A DNA stretch of 63,843 bases, counting the filler, from Saprolegnia diclina VS20 (Eukaryota), in assembly GCF_000281045.1 (NCBI RefSeq). It is 7 parts of 4 records of this genome, joined end to end, with 100 filler letters (N's around TTAATTAATTAA, not from the genome) between each part and the next. Parts side by side here need not be neighbours in the genome. Positions count along the whole stretch, not along the records: positions 28,893 to 54,365 come from NW_008246103.1; 6 more parts are not named here. One strand, 5' to 3'. Positions 37,364-48,765 of this stretch are shown in pieces. The stretch's first letter is position 1. Every line of letters starts with the position of its first letter. The notes beneath the pieces were generated by a model that ran no database searches, had not been told where the DNA came from, and worked only from the letters and a program-made list of their open reading frames with translations. Both the position numbers and the translations under genes were made by a program.

Positions 37364-38241
37364 TTGGGCAAGACGCAGACTGGCCGAACTCAGAGCTGAA
37401 ATATTTGCGTGAACATCCAGGGCGGACTTGCCGATTTCACACGTACACACCGCATTTCTCACGTTTGTTTCACAGGAATCCTGTGTCCTTTGTAGAAAGA
37501 AAATGGTGAAAATCGCACGTGAAGAACGCTTCCCACCCTGTGTAGAACGACCAGGTGCGACAGGCCTATTCTTAGAAGCAGGCCCCATAAAAGAATCTCA
37601 TACAATGTTCAAGGCAAGTATCCAAGGTACGTAGGGGGCCCCACGGAGAGCTGGTTTTAAAACCGAATGACGGCAGTAATAATCCGATTTCGTGCCGTTG
37701 AATGGAGCATAACTCATTTTGAGTATAAGGCGGTAGAGTCGCGAATAATATTACGTCGCATTTTAAAAAGACACGACAGCGTAATGGGTGCTGGTACACA
37801 ACGTTATCCGAACGCGAAACTCAAAACTTAGAAATTGAGCGCAACACAAGCTTAAACGCTGTGGCCTGTCTTGGATAAATGCACGCAATGATACTCGACC
37901 CGCGCTGTGTCCACGTTCCCTTCTTTATAGAAGGCTACATGCCCTATAAGAGTTCTGCACCTGTGCATTTAAAAGATAGGCATCTCCTCGCACCCCAGTA
38001 TCCACATTGAAATGTGTAGTGTACCGATCTGTACTGAACGCAACGCTGGCTTGAGGTGACCATTTTGATTAGCGTCAACGGGATGTTCTCACCATGCGCG
38101 ACCAAAAATGGCGTGCGCTTAGACTCGCTGACTGCATCGCACCTCAATTGAGCTTCAGCGGTATCCGGAGGCGCGTCACTGCAGCGTGGTGGTCGTCGGT
38201 GTTGCCGCAACAGCGATCGCGCACAACCCAGACAACCAGCG

Positions 38242-39882
38242 ATGGGCCGCCCGAAGAGCGACAGCTTCGCCAAGGAAGGCGAGGCACTTCGCTCGTCCTT
38301 CAACCAAGAAAAGACGCTGTTTGATAAGCTCAAGGCCGGCGTGCACAAGAGCCGAGCCAGTTCGTTCGACGAGCAGCGGCTCAGCCGGATGGGCTCGGGC
38401 GACGACCTCGTCGTGGACCTGCTCGACCTCAAGACCTTCAACCACCGGCTCGAAGCCGTCGCGGCATCGCGAAAGGCAAAGCGTGTCGCGTTCGCCGACG
38501 AGCTGTGCACAACGCACTACGTGGACGACCTTCAGTACCCGTGCCCGTTGTCGTCCATGCCGTACAACATCTTCCGCACACGCCGCGTGATTAGCTACGA
38601 GGAAGAAGAGCAGCTTCTGACGCTCTCTTGGGACCACGCGCTGCCGTACAGTAGCGTCGACTTTGGCGCCGCCGTGCTGCAAATGCACTCGCGCAACATG
38701 GACTTTCTGCTCGTCGGGCCTGTCAAGATCCACCACGTGTCGTGCATGGGCATATCGTGGAAGTCGTACTGGGCCGGCTTGGCCTCTGGTATCATGTGCT
38801 TTGCCGGCCTCGACGACGTCGATCAGATCTTCCAGTGTCCCATCCACAAGTGCCGCGTCCAGGTCCTCAGCACCACGGAGATGCGCATGTACGAGGTCGC
38901 GGGCCTGCGCGACGTCGACGAGCTCTTCCTCAAGTTTTCCAACGCAGCAACGCTGCACATGTGGTTCTGGGCCATCCAAATGGCGTCCGCGTCGGCCTCG
39001 TTCATGGACCCTGACCACTTCACCAAGCGGCTACGACGGCTTGTGCGGTCGACGCCCGAGGCGTCCTTGAGCTTTGTCGAACAACTCGGACAGTCGCTCG
39101 GTTTTGGCGCGCGCAAGTCCGATGCGCAGCCGGACGTCAAGCTGCCCGTGACATTGCACAACCCGCCGCCGGTCCACCAGCTCGGGCCTCACACGCCGTC
39201 CAACAGCAAACCTGCGGCGATGCGCCACCGCATTCTATTTGTGCGCCACGGCGAGTACGAGAACCACCACTTCAAGACGATGGACCCCGAAAAGTGCTTG
39301 ACGCCGCTCGGCGACGAGCAGTCGCGCGCGACGGCCAAGTACCTCTGCTCGCTCATCGACGACGCGGGCTTGACGTACCAAGACGTGCGCATCGTCTACG
39401 CCAACGTCACGCGGTCGATCCAAACCATGGACTTTATCGCCAAGGAGATCGACGCGGCTGCCGGCATTTACGAGACGTACAACCCATACGAGACGGCGTC
39501 GCGCCAGCAACGCGTCGCGCGGCACGAGTTTGCGCTCTTGCGAGAGAGCGCGCCCCACGGCCTCTCAGCTTCGCAGCGCTACCTGAGTCGCTCGGCCAAG
39601 ATGGCCCTCGCACTGCAGCTGCTCTGCGCGCCGGACGACATGTACCCGATCACAATCGTCGTGTGCTCGTCCAGCTTCATCCGGTATTGCACGCACCAGG
39701 CTGCATACAACGTTGGGTTTGTGCTCTCACCAGGTGAGATGAACCACACGATCGTCATGGGCTACTGCAGCGTGACACAAATCGACGTCGGGAACGACCA
39801 CGCGCTGTACCTGCGCGGAATCAACGAGACGACGCACCTCGCCGACGTGCGCGAGTCGGCGACCGCCCCGCCGGTGGCCTAG
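38242..39882 (+). CDS. PGAM5-like histidine-phosphatase-fold protein with N-terminal PH-like region
   Basis: Single 546-aa ORF with ILFVRHGEY, LTPLGDEQ..TA, TRSIQT, LRESAP and IVVCSSSFIRY. The upstream LFLKFSNAATLHMWFWAI resembles the C-terminal helix of a PH domain. Confidence 0.75.
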   Translation: MGRPKSDSFAKEGEALRSSFNQEKTLFDKLKAGVHKSRASSFDEQRLSRMGSGDDLVVDLLDLKTFNHRLEAVAASRKAKRVAFADELCTTHYVDDLQYPCPLSSMPYNIFRTRRVISYEEEEQLLTLSWDHALPYSSVDFGAAVLQMHSRNMDFLLVGPVKIHHVSCMGISWKSYWAGLASGIMCFAGLDDVDQIFQCPIHKCRVQVLSTTEMRMYEVAGLRDVDELFLKFSNAATLHMWFWAIQMASASASFMDPDHFTKRLRRLVRSTPEASLSFVEQLGQSLGFGARKSDAQPDVKLPVTLHNPPPVHQLGPHTPSNSKPAAMRHRILFVRHGEYENHHFKTMDPEKCLTPLGDEQSRATAKYLCSLIDDAGLTYQDVRIVYANVTRSIQTMDFIAKEIDAAAGIYETYNPYETASRQQRVARHEFALLRESAPHGLSASQRYLSRSAKMALALQLLCAPDDMYPITIVVCSSSFIRYCTHQAAYNVGFVLSPGEMNHTIVMGYCSVTQIDVGNDHALYLRGINETTHLADVRESATAPPVA

Positions 39883-40674
39883 TGTAGTCAAAGAACTTAT
39901 TTGTCGATCAATTTAATGTTAGAAGAGAAGAAGCCCGGTGTATATGCGTGCGTCGCACGGACGCGCGAGTCGCTTTTGGTCGGCTTGTGCATTGGATCGC
40001 TATGATTGTTGGTGTAGAAAACGGACATGCGCAATGGGCTGATACTCGCGTGCCGACACAGGTGATGTCGCGACAGTAAAGCTACTCGCGCCCATCGCAA
40101 GAGTGGGCGAGGAGAAGCGCGGGTGCGGATTCCGATTTCTTTGCGAGTCGCGGTGTTCTCGCTGCTGAGGAATGATGATGGTAGGGAGATCTTGCCACGG
40201 TGGGTCGTTTTCCCTTCTTCGCCGTCGGCGCCGCGGACGCCATCCATCCATATGGGTGCAATGGTCAAGACGGAACCACTGTTCCGACCACGCGTTTGAT
40301 GCTGGAGTGGCTTTGCACATCTTGTGCTGCATCCAGACGAATAGAACTGCTGGTCGAATACTGTCAAGTCTGGATTCGTTGCAGCCGAGATATATAATAC
40401 CTTCGTTGGAAGCATCTCCAATGCTCAAATGCCCCTTCTGTCCGCACGCGCCCAGACGTGCCCCTTTCGAAAGCGCACCCGCGCCATCGGCGCGCCACGT
40501 GGTGTGCCCCGGGGTCCATAATTGTAGCCAATCAACGACGGCGAATCTTGACTTTCCTGAAATACATCCCACTGTGGCGCTTGAAGTTGGGGCCATACGA
40601 AGCCCAAGTGACTTGGAACTCCAAGCTCAGATTCCAGCACGCCATCTTGCCTTTTCACAGAGGTCGTAAAGCCG

Positions 40675-41944
40675 ATGGAGGAGACCCGCCCGACGAAGCG
40701 CTTCATCGTGCGCCGCCACACGCACATGCCGCCGGACGAGATCATTGATGACCACCCGCACTTTGCCATGCACACGGACCACGTGCACCACGTGTGGTGC
40801 CCGCGCCACAACCACTACTACGACGACCGCACCAAGCTGGCCGTCGAGAGCCCGGGCGATTTGTCGGGCATTCGCGATTTCATCGCCGGGTCGTTCGCCG
40901 GCGTCTCGTCCACCGTCGTGGGTCACCCGGTACGCTCGAGCATGTCACCATGGCATGTGGCTTATTGCGTCCATAGTTTGACACGGTCAAGGTGCGGCTG
41001 CAAATGCACTGCCCGCTCTCGTCGTCCTTCAAGGGCCCGCTCGACTGTGTCATGCAGACAATCAACAAGGAGGGCTTCCTCGGGCTCTACCGCGGCATGG
41101 TCTCGCCTATGACGACGGTGCCGCTCGTCAATGCCGTCGTCTTTAGCACGTACGAGAGCGCCAAGTCGTTCTTGCTCAACCGCCGAGAAAATCACAACGG
41201 CGTGCTCACCAACAACGAAGCGATGCTTGCCGGTAAACGACGTCCATGACGACGCCCGCTAACGGCAACGGTGTAGGGGCGTGGGCGGGTTTGATGAACT
41301 CGGTGGTCGTCACACCTGTCGAGCTCGTCAAGTGCCACTTGCAGGCGCAGGGTGAAGCCATTGCGACGCACGCAAACGAAATCAAGTTCAACGGCACGAT
41401 GGACTGCGTCAAGAAGATCGTCGAGATCGACGGCATCCGGGGCCTCTGGCGCGGCCAGGTCGCGACCATGTACCGCGAAGTGCCCAGCTACATTGGGCAG
41501 TTTGGCACCTGTATATACTTTGCTGCTCGAAAGCTCGGCAAAAGCTCACTCGCTTGTGTAGACGAGCTGCTGCAACAAGTCTTTACGAGCCAGATGGAGG
41601 GAGTCGACGGCAAGCCGAGTGCTACAACAACGCTCTTGGCCGGCGGCTTTGCAGGTTGCGTGTGCTGGACCGTGAGCTACCCTCAGGATGTGGTCAAGTC
41701 TCGCCTTCAGCTGCAGCCGCTGGGCCACCCTCCGCTGTACGCGGCCTCGCGCTGGCTCCCAGACGGTGGCTGGTGGAACTGCTTCCGCACGATCATCAAG
41801 GAAGAAGGCCCGCGCGCGCTCTGGAAGGGCTACTCCCCGTGCCTCATCCGAGCCTTTCCCGCCAACGCCGCAGGCTTCTTCACGTACGAGATGGTCCGGT
41901 CCGTCTTGTTTGAAGAGCAAGCCGAGCTCCTCCCGATGCATTAG
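40675..41944 (+). CDS. Mitochondrial carrier (SLC25; carnitine/ornithine-carrier-like), multi-exon
   Basis: Three PxD/ExxK signatures (HP|FDTVKVRLQ, PVELVKCHLQ, PQDVVKSRLQ), plus EGFLGLYRG and RAFPANAA. Confidence 0.92.
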
Positions 41945-42197
41945 ATTTCGAGTAATAAACTCCACGATAGAGGTGTGCCAGTATCATGATAGTACTATTG
42001 TAGCGTCCAGCCACGACCATTACGGTGCCTGGCTGATGACAATTGCATGCAACTTGTTGCCCTTGATCCTTCCGCCTTGGTCGTGCATCGTGGTCTCAAC
42101 TTCAAGCTCCCAGCTATCCGGATACCATATCGACTAAACCATCACTTTAGTCGAAAGGTTTAGTTGGCGTGCAATAGCCAATCGGGCGCGTCGAACA

Positions 42198-43731
42198 ATG
42201 GTTGTCGGACGTCTCGAGCAAGCGCTCGTGCAGCTTGTCCAGGGCACACGCGGGTGCTTCGTGTCGCCCAAGATCCGCGTGAATCGCTTTCCGTCCATGG
42301 GCTTGGGCGTTCAAGCGGTCGCTCAGATTCCTGCCGGCGAAACTCTCTTCGTGGCGTCCAGCGATCTCTGGTACGATGTCTCTGCGCCCGGTGCCCGCGC
42401 CAGCGCCATGGCTGAAGCCCCGGCCTTTCTCGAGCGCGTGGACACGTACTGTCAGAAGAATCGCCGCATGGCCGACGCTGTGCTTCTCGCTACACACGTC
42501 GTCATGAAGGACCCGAGCGACCTTTACGTGAGCACGCTCCCGCCGCAGATCGACGTGCCCATGTACTGGTCGGAGCGACGCCTCGACGAGCTGCGCCATT
42601 GCGACGTCCTCGACACGATCCAAGACGGGTATGTCCATGTTGTGCACGCGTTGTGTCGCTGACGAACATACAGGCGCGCGTTCTACCGCAACATGTATTC
42701 GCACCTCTTTGGCGCGCAGCCCATCGTGAGTCCCGCCGAGTTTCAGTGGGCGCTGACGCTGCTCATGTCGCGCGCGACGTCGGGCGCCAACCAGCCCTTC
42801 ACGCTCATCCCGTATTTCGAGTGGTTCAACCATTCTGCGTCGGCGTACGTCGAGAATGTGATGGACGCGATTGCGATACCAGCGTAGGTCAGCCTGCCAC
42901 CACGAGTACGTGGCGAACGACGATGCGTTTGTCGTTACTGCGACGGCCGACCACGCGCCTGGCGACCAGCTCTTTATCAACTATGGCAACCACACGCAGT
43001 CAACGTTTTTGCGCCACTACGGTATGTTGGCCGTCGCAATGGTACTTGGCGTCATGTTTTGAATTGGGTACAGGCTTTGCCTCCATGGCGCAGGCGACAG
43101 TTCTGGATCCGCTCCAGATCAAGCAAGATGTGGCAATCACAGACGACGGTAACCATCATCGCGTTCTTCTCGAATGGCAAGGAACCCACCTGCGTTCTAG
43201 TATCGAACCCGGAGTTGACGCAAGCCAAGATCTCGTGGCTCGAATCCAAGGGAATGCCAACTGCCAAGTCGGTGGTATGTCATTTCTTACTGATGACGGA
43301 GTTTGAAAAGGTGCAATCATCCACGTCGCATCTCCATGTAGCCGCTCACGATTCATATCGAGCACCTGGACAAGCACCCAATGGAATGGGAGTGGCTGCG
43401 CGTATATGTAGCAAGCGCCGACGAGCTTGCGCACCGTCAGCGACACGGCGAGTGGCAGCCGTCCAACCAGCGGCGCGTGTGGGCGTGGGTCACCGCCTAC
43501 TGCCAGGGTCGTTTGGCCAAATACCGGACAACCGCCGAGGTATGGTCTCGCTACCGAGAATTCTCGATGGATGAATGTTGTCATTAGGAGGATTACGACT
43601 TGCTTCGGAACGAAGAGGCCCCGCTGGAGACGTGGCGCGCCTCGTGCGTCCACGTGCGATTGGGCGAAAAGATGATTTTGAAGAGCCTCCTGGACGTAAA
43701 CGCGCAGATCCAAGCCGACTCGCGATCTTAA
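42198..43731 (+). CDS. SET-domain protein-lysine methyltransferase (Rubisco-LSMT/SETD3-like class), multi-exon
   Basis: GLGVQAVAQIPAGETLF, YVSTLP...PMYWS, FQWA...SRA, LIPYFEWFNH, GDQLFINYG and RHY|GF. Confidence 0.85.
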
Positions 43732-44272
43732 CACCGCGTCGCAGGCTTCGGGTGACGTCGTGTTATCGCGTGCTAAATAATCACGATTACGCCTTCTTGC
43801 GGTGGCACAACCGCACACGACCTAATTTGGCGCGAAGTTCCATCGTTTGGTAATCATAGATGTCGTGAAATAGTGTTGGTTTAAATAGTGTGATCGCAGG
43901 CGCCAACCTCACGAGACGAAGTGATGCTCAGATAGCCGACACTCGCGAGCCATTCCAGTCATACTGGACATGAATATTCTATCCAGTGTGGTCATATTCC
44001 TTTGGCTTGCCACGATTTTTACATCCATGGGTGGTATCCTGTCCACCAAGCGTCCAGGCGCACACTAAATCCTGGAGATCCAGCGTCCTATTTTTGTTGG
44101 AACCGCCCTGCAACTAGGAATTTGTATGGGAGGTACACTCTGGTGCGACAGCATACGTGATTCGGGAACGGCCCATTTCCATAATCCAACGATTACCCTT
44201 CACCAAGTGTTCGTGACTTGGTGGCTTGGTGAGGTTGCAGTTTCAATTTTGACCTGTGTTTGCAGCACCAAC

Positions 44273-44842
44273 ATGAACATCATTACGCTCCAGCAGTGGC
44301 TTCTCTTTGAAGCAGACATCGCCTTGTATCTTGCTGCCGGCCTCTCTTTCTCGATCGTCTCGGGCTTCCTCTCGTGGTGTCTTCTCGCGACGCGGTGCTT
44401 CCACAGCAGCAAGCACCTCGACACTATGATCGAAGACCACACATTTGCGCCTCTCGTCAAGGGCAACTCGCTCAGCCTCCACGACTCGCAGGTGCTCGTG
44501 ACCCAAGTCCAGCTCCTCGACAACGATGACGAGAGCTGCACGCATGCGAGCTACACAATCACATTGACCTGGGGCGCCAAGCTTGAGGCGTCGCACACGA
44601 AGCTGCTCCGGAAGCGCTACTCGGAGTTTGCCCAGCTCATCACGGCAATCAAAAGCGAGATCAAGGAGATGGAGGATCGCCCCGTCGTGCCCGTGCTGCC
44701 GTCCAAGTCGCTCTTGCGGCAGCTCAACCCCGCGTTTCTCGAGAAGCGCCGATTGGGTCTTCAGCTTTTTTTGCACCAAGTGGCGTCCAACCCCAAGCTC
44801 GCCGACCTTCCGGCTGTGCGTCAGTTTGTTGGCTTGCATTGA
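44273..44842 (+). CDS. PX-domain protein with N-terminal TM helix
   Basis: TM IALYLAAGLSFSIVSGFLSWCLLA; PX RKRYSEFAQL, PVLPSK, FLEKRRLGLQLFL and VRQFV. Confidence 0.85.
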   Translation: MNIITLQQWLLFEADIALYLAAGLSFSIVSGFLSWCLLATRCFHSSKHLDTMIEDHTFAPLVKGNSLSLHDSQVLVTQVQLLDNDDESCTHASYTITLTWGAKLEASHTKLLRKRYSEFAQLITAIKSEIKEMEDRPVVPVLPSKSLLRQLNPAFLEKRRLGLQLFLHQVASNPKLADLPAVRQFVGLH

Positions 44843-45386
44843 GCGACCAACGCCACGCTTTATTTAATCAAGGAACCGCACCACACAAGCCAAAACATGT
44901 AGAGTATATCCTGTACTATAGTATAATTGCATTCCGATTCAATCAACGCTCGAAGTTGGTTGTAAGCACTCTGGACACAGCGCACAGCAGCACCTTTAAC
45001 CGTCACTGGGCAGTCGCTATACATGTACAGTGCTCGGCGGTTGAAGTTGTAGTACAAGTGAGCTTGAGGCCTCGAATCGAACATCCGGTCGCCATTCCCC
45101 GGCTCGCAGCGTTGCAATAAATCTCCAGCGTTGCGTTCTGCGTCGTCTTATTTATACCAGAGCAATAAGCTTGCATCGCTCGCTCTACCATGCATAGAGT
45201 ACTCCGGTAATGCATAGTTGTATCTGCATTGTCGACTCGACCATGGTCGTGCCCGTCGCTGTCTCATCAGAGTGGTCTGCAAGCTCGACATCACTTGCGT
45301 TTGGCAGTGCAAATTTCATTGTGGCATATTTTTATTCTTTATCGAAGAAATTGTATGCTCCAATTAAAATTCCTCGCACGAGACGA

Positions 45387-46465
45387 ATGATGCAGCGCTT
45401 GAAGATCGCGACGGCGCCGCTCCGGGCCGCCGCCCGCGGTAGCCTCCGCGCGTCCAGCGCTGTGCATGCGATGGCGACCATGCGCGCTCCACTGCAGAGC
45501 CCCATGGCAACGCCGCATGCCTCGCCACTCTGGCTCGCCGGACTTGCCCTCGCGTGCGTCGCCCAAGCGGCGCTCTGTGACGAAGCGCCCCGTGCGCTGA
45601 CCGTCCAAGAGGTCATCACGCTCTACGAGCAAGTGGACACGAACATGCGCATCTTGTCCCGGCAAATGATGGAAGCTCTTGCGTACGAGATTGCGGCAGA
45701 GGAAGAGAAAGGGACGGGCCCGGCCATGAGCGTCGAGGACCGCGCGCTTCAGATGAGCGAAACCTTTGAGCAACTTCTCGCCCAAGTCCAAGATTCGGTC
45801 TTTCGCAACCACTATGTAACCAAGGAGCAAGTCGCAGACGCCATGCGCCGTATGGAGCGCGGGGTATGTCCACGTCGCTGATTGCGATCTTATGCAACTA
45901 CTACGGGCATAGGACCTGCCCATCCAGGCCGCCGACGCCGAGCTCATCCACGAGTACATCCGCAAACTGGGTCGCATGCGATGGGAATGCACGGGGTCGC
46001 GGGAGCCAATTCGTCGGCGCCAACGTGACACGGCACCCAAGCCGCTCACGACGCCGATCCCTCGTGACGTGCTTGAGGCCATGATGCGTGAACTCATCGG
46101 CGCGCTCACCAAGGAAATGGAAGCGATCCTTGCCGACATCAAGACGCGTCATACCAACCTCAAGGACGGCGCCGTCCGCCAAGAGATCGCGACGGCCTAC
46201 ATGGACGCCTCCAAGCTCGCGACAGACGCGGTCGCTGCCAACTTTAACGTTTCGGTCGACGACTTTCAGGTCGCGCTGGCGCACTTTCATGACGACGCGA
46301 CGTTTCAGGTGCGAGATTCGAATGTGTCATCCAAGAGTCGTGATCGAGTATCCTGCCATTAGGCGACGATGCAGCAGCTCACGGACGCGCAGCACGAGCG
46401 GTATGCTTTGATTCGTATCATCGTCACCAACCATGCGTGCTAGGTTTGTGGCGCTTGGCTTGTAA
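45387..46465 (+). CDS. Hypothetical helical protein with mitochondrial-type presequence, multi-exon
   Basis: An R/A-rich N-terminus without acidic residues is followed by hydrophobic LWLAGLALACVAQAALC-DE. Short GT-AG introns join the exons. Confidence 0.7.
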
Positions 46466-46605
46466 CGGCCTGATTACTGGACACGAGGTGCTTGGGGCAC
46501 GGTGCAAGACAGCAACATCGTGATGTAAGAGGCAAAAATTTGGTTTTGTTCATTTCGTTCATGGTCTTCTTCTACTTATACGATGCGCTATTTGATCAGC
46601 TTAAA

Positions 46606-46974
46606 TTAATGGGCGGCCAACGCCGTGGAGCCCGCAACGAGGGCCCACAGCGAGCAGACCTGGCACTTGGCCTTCCCGGGTCCTAAGTTACTAGTGGTGG
46701 TGGTACTATCGCTAACGTGGTTGATGCAGCCGTGGCTGCGGTACTGCGCAATAAGGCGCTTCGTGGACTTGCAGAGCGCCTTGTCGCAGTCGGACGAGGT
46801 GCAGTCCTGGACGTGGACTAGGCCCTTACGGACCGAGAGCACCTTCTTCATCATTTCGCGCTTCTTGAGATCGTTCGCGAGCTGAACGCGGTGGCGCTCC
46901 ATGGCGATCGCGATCGGATTGTTCGTTGCACTGGTCATGCCATCGTTGGAGAGCGGGAGGGGCTTGATGGACAT
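46606..46974 (-). CDS. Small TAZ-zinc-finger-like protein
   Basis: LVHVQDCTSSDCDKALCKSTKRLIAQYRSHGC...CQVCSLW fits the TAZ H-x3-C-x4-C-x4-C...C-x2-C pattern. An Inr-like CACTTTTCATTTTT lies near 47190-47203. Confidence 0.6.
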   Translation of the reverse strand: MSIKPLPLSNDGMTSATNNPIAIAMERHRVQLANDLKKREMMKKVLSVRKGLVHVQDCTSSDCDKALCKSTKRLIAQYRSHGCINHVSDSTTTTSNLGPGKAKCQVCSLWALVAGSTALAAH

Positions 46975-48765
46975 ATGCGCGTAGCACATTTAGCTTGGTG
47001 GGGTCGTCGAGGCGGTCGGTGGGGCGGGCGTCGACGGGCGTGCTGCTCGGGGTGGTGGCAGCGGCGGGCGGGAGGAGGAGTTGGTTCTTGGTGAGTAGTA
47101 GTGCTGCTTCCTGTTGCTGTTGTTGTTGTCGGTCCTTGATACTGAAGGAGCCACACCACCAAACCCACGAGAAAACGCCCACGACTTGCAAAAATGAAAA
47201 GTGCAGTATTCACGCCGCGCGCCCCGACTTTGGGCCAATCAGACGCCGACGTCGCGCTTAATTAAACGTTCGCGAACCTTTTTTTTCCAAAGTGCGCTAT
47301 CCACTGTTCTTTCACTTGATATTAGTATGTAGTGTCGCGTCATAAAATAAAAATGGGTCTTGCATTTTTTGCCACAAGGAACGTTCACGTTTCGAGTGCT
47401 CTGGGTACACGCGGACTAGGGTTGAAGCTCGACACGGCTACTTGAACTACTTTGACTTGCGTTTTGTATGCGGGCTGTCCCCACCGTCTCATTTTTTTAA
47501 CAGACGCGCCTCATATTTTATTTTCCGGTGGCGCATGACTTGACGAATGTATAGCCACGCGCACTGCTGCACGGCGACCCAGTTCGAGAAAAGGGACCGT
47601 CGCATGCCTTGAGAACGTTCCGTGGACGCGCCGGATAACGTATCCGGCAAGCCGCACCAGCGCGAGAGCAGCGCGCGTTCCGATTGGTCGACGTGGCCTC
47701 GCGGGGACCTACTGAACATGCACGTGGAGCCGAGCCGGGGCACTGCACCAGCTGCGGCGGCGCCCCGCCGTGGAAACTTTCTTGGGTGCCCGACCTTGAC
47801 TGCGCAAGATCTTACCCGGATGATCTGAGTCGATTGAGGAATCACTCGGCGTAATGCAGCGTCCTTGCCAGCGCCTTCTCGGCCTTGGCACTTCAACCAC
47901 AGACAGCGAGGGTGTTTGCTCATTCGCGCTGCCACGTGGCGAGGGCGATCGATGCTTGTGGCAGCTTGCTGGTGTTTGTGGCATTGCTTGCCCCAGAAAC
48001 GAGGTCCGCGCACAGTCCCAGACGCCACCATCTTCTTGTGGCACAAACGACGCCGTCGCCGCGTTACGGTGGCCGTGCTGCCTCTCGTTCGTTCTTTCCA
48101 AGTGTCAGTGACGCGCGCGAGGCGATGGGCTACTTTGAGCACCGTGCACCGCGACGCTGCTGTCACCCTTCGATCCCAAGTCAAGTCAACCTGCCGTGCC
48201 TGTTGCCAACTCTGGCTCAGAACCACTCCGCGTCGTCATGGGTCACCCATGGCGTCGTCTGCATCTCTCAAGGGATATAATAACCACTACACTTTCAGTG
48301 CTGCGGCGAAGAGCACACTGCGGCTTGACGGGTTGCAGCCCTGTTGGCTGCCTGCAGGCCAGCACATTGCCCAGCATCATGGACGGAGCGAGCTATCGCC
48401 AGGCCGCCTGACCTGTCCATCATTCCTGTGTCCATCTGCAGGGTCGCCCGTTGCGATTACTTCCTCGCTCCGCGGCGCCTACCCTTCTTGGCGCCAAGCG
48501 GTCTGTCTCGCACCGCTCGCCGTCATCCTCGTCGTTGTCGTCGTCGCCGAGGGACGTGTAAAATATAAAATCAGGGGCCAATATTTTCGCCTGGATCGGC
48601 AGCTATTTATAATCGAAAAGTCAAAGCCAGCCCAAGGTGCCTCTCGTTTTGTATGGCGTCAGTGATATCCTGAATATTATTATTCGGGCCCCCCGATATC
48701 CTGGTCAAAATCCTGCACGGGCAATGATAGGACGGTACAATCGGTTTTGATTTCGTCCCCGGGAG

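Noticed and set aside
39897..40670. Overlapping ORFs and an ATGATGA box-C-like motif
   Set aside because: No recognisable protein, and no suitably placed box D or terminal stem.
47489..48665. 245-266 aa ORFs on both strands
   Set aside because: Composition is not gene-like (R/C/W-rich) and there are no motifs; more likely a regulatory region.
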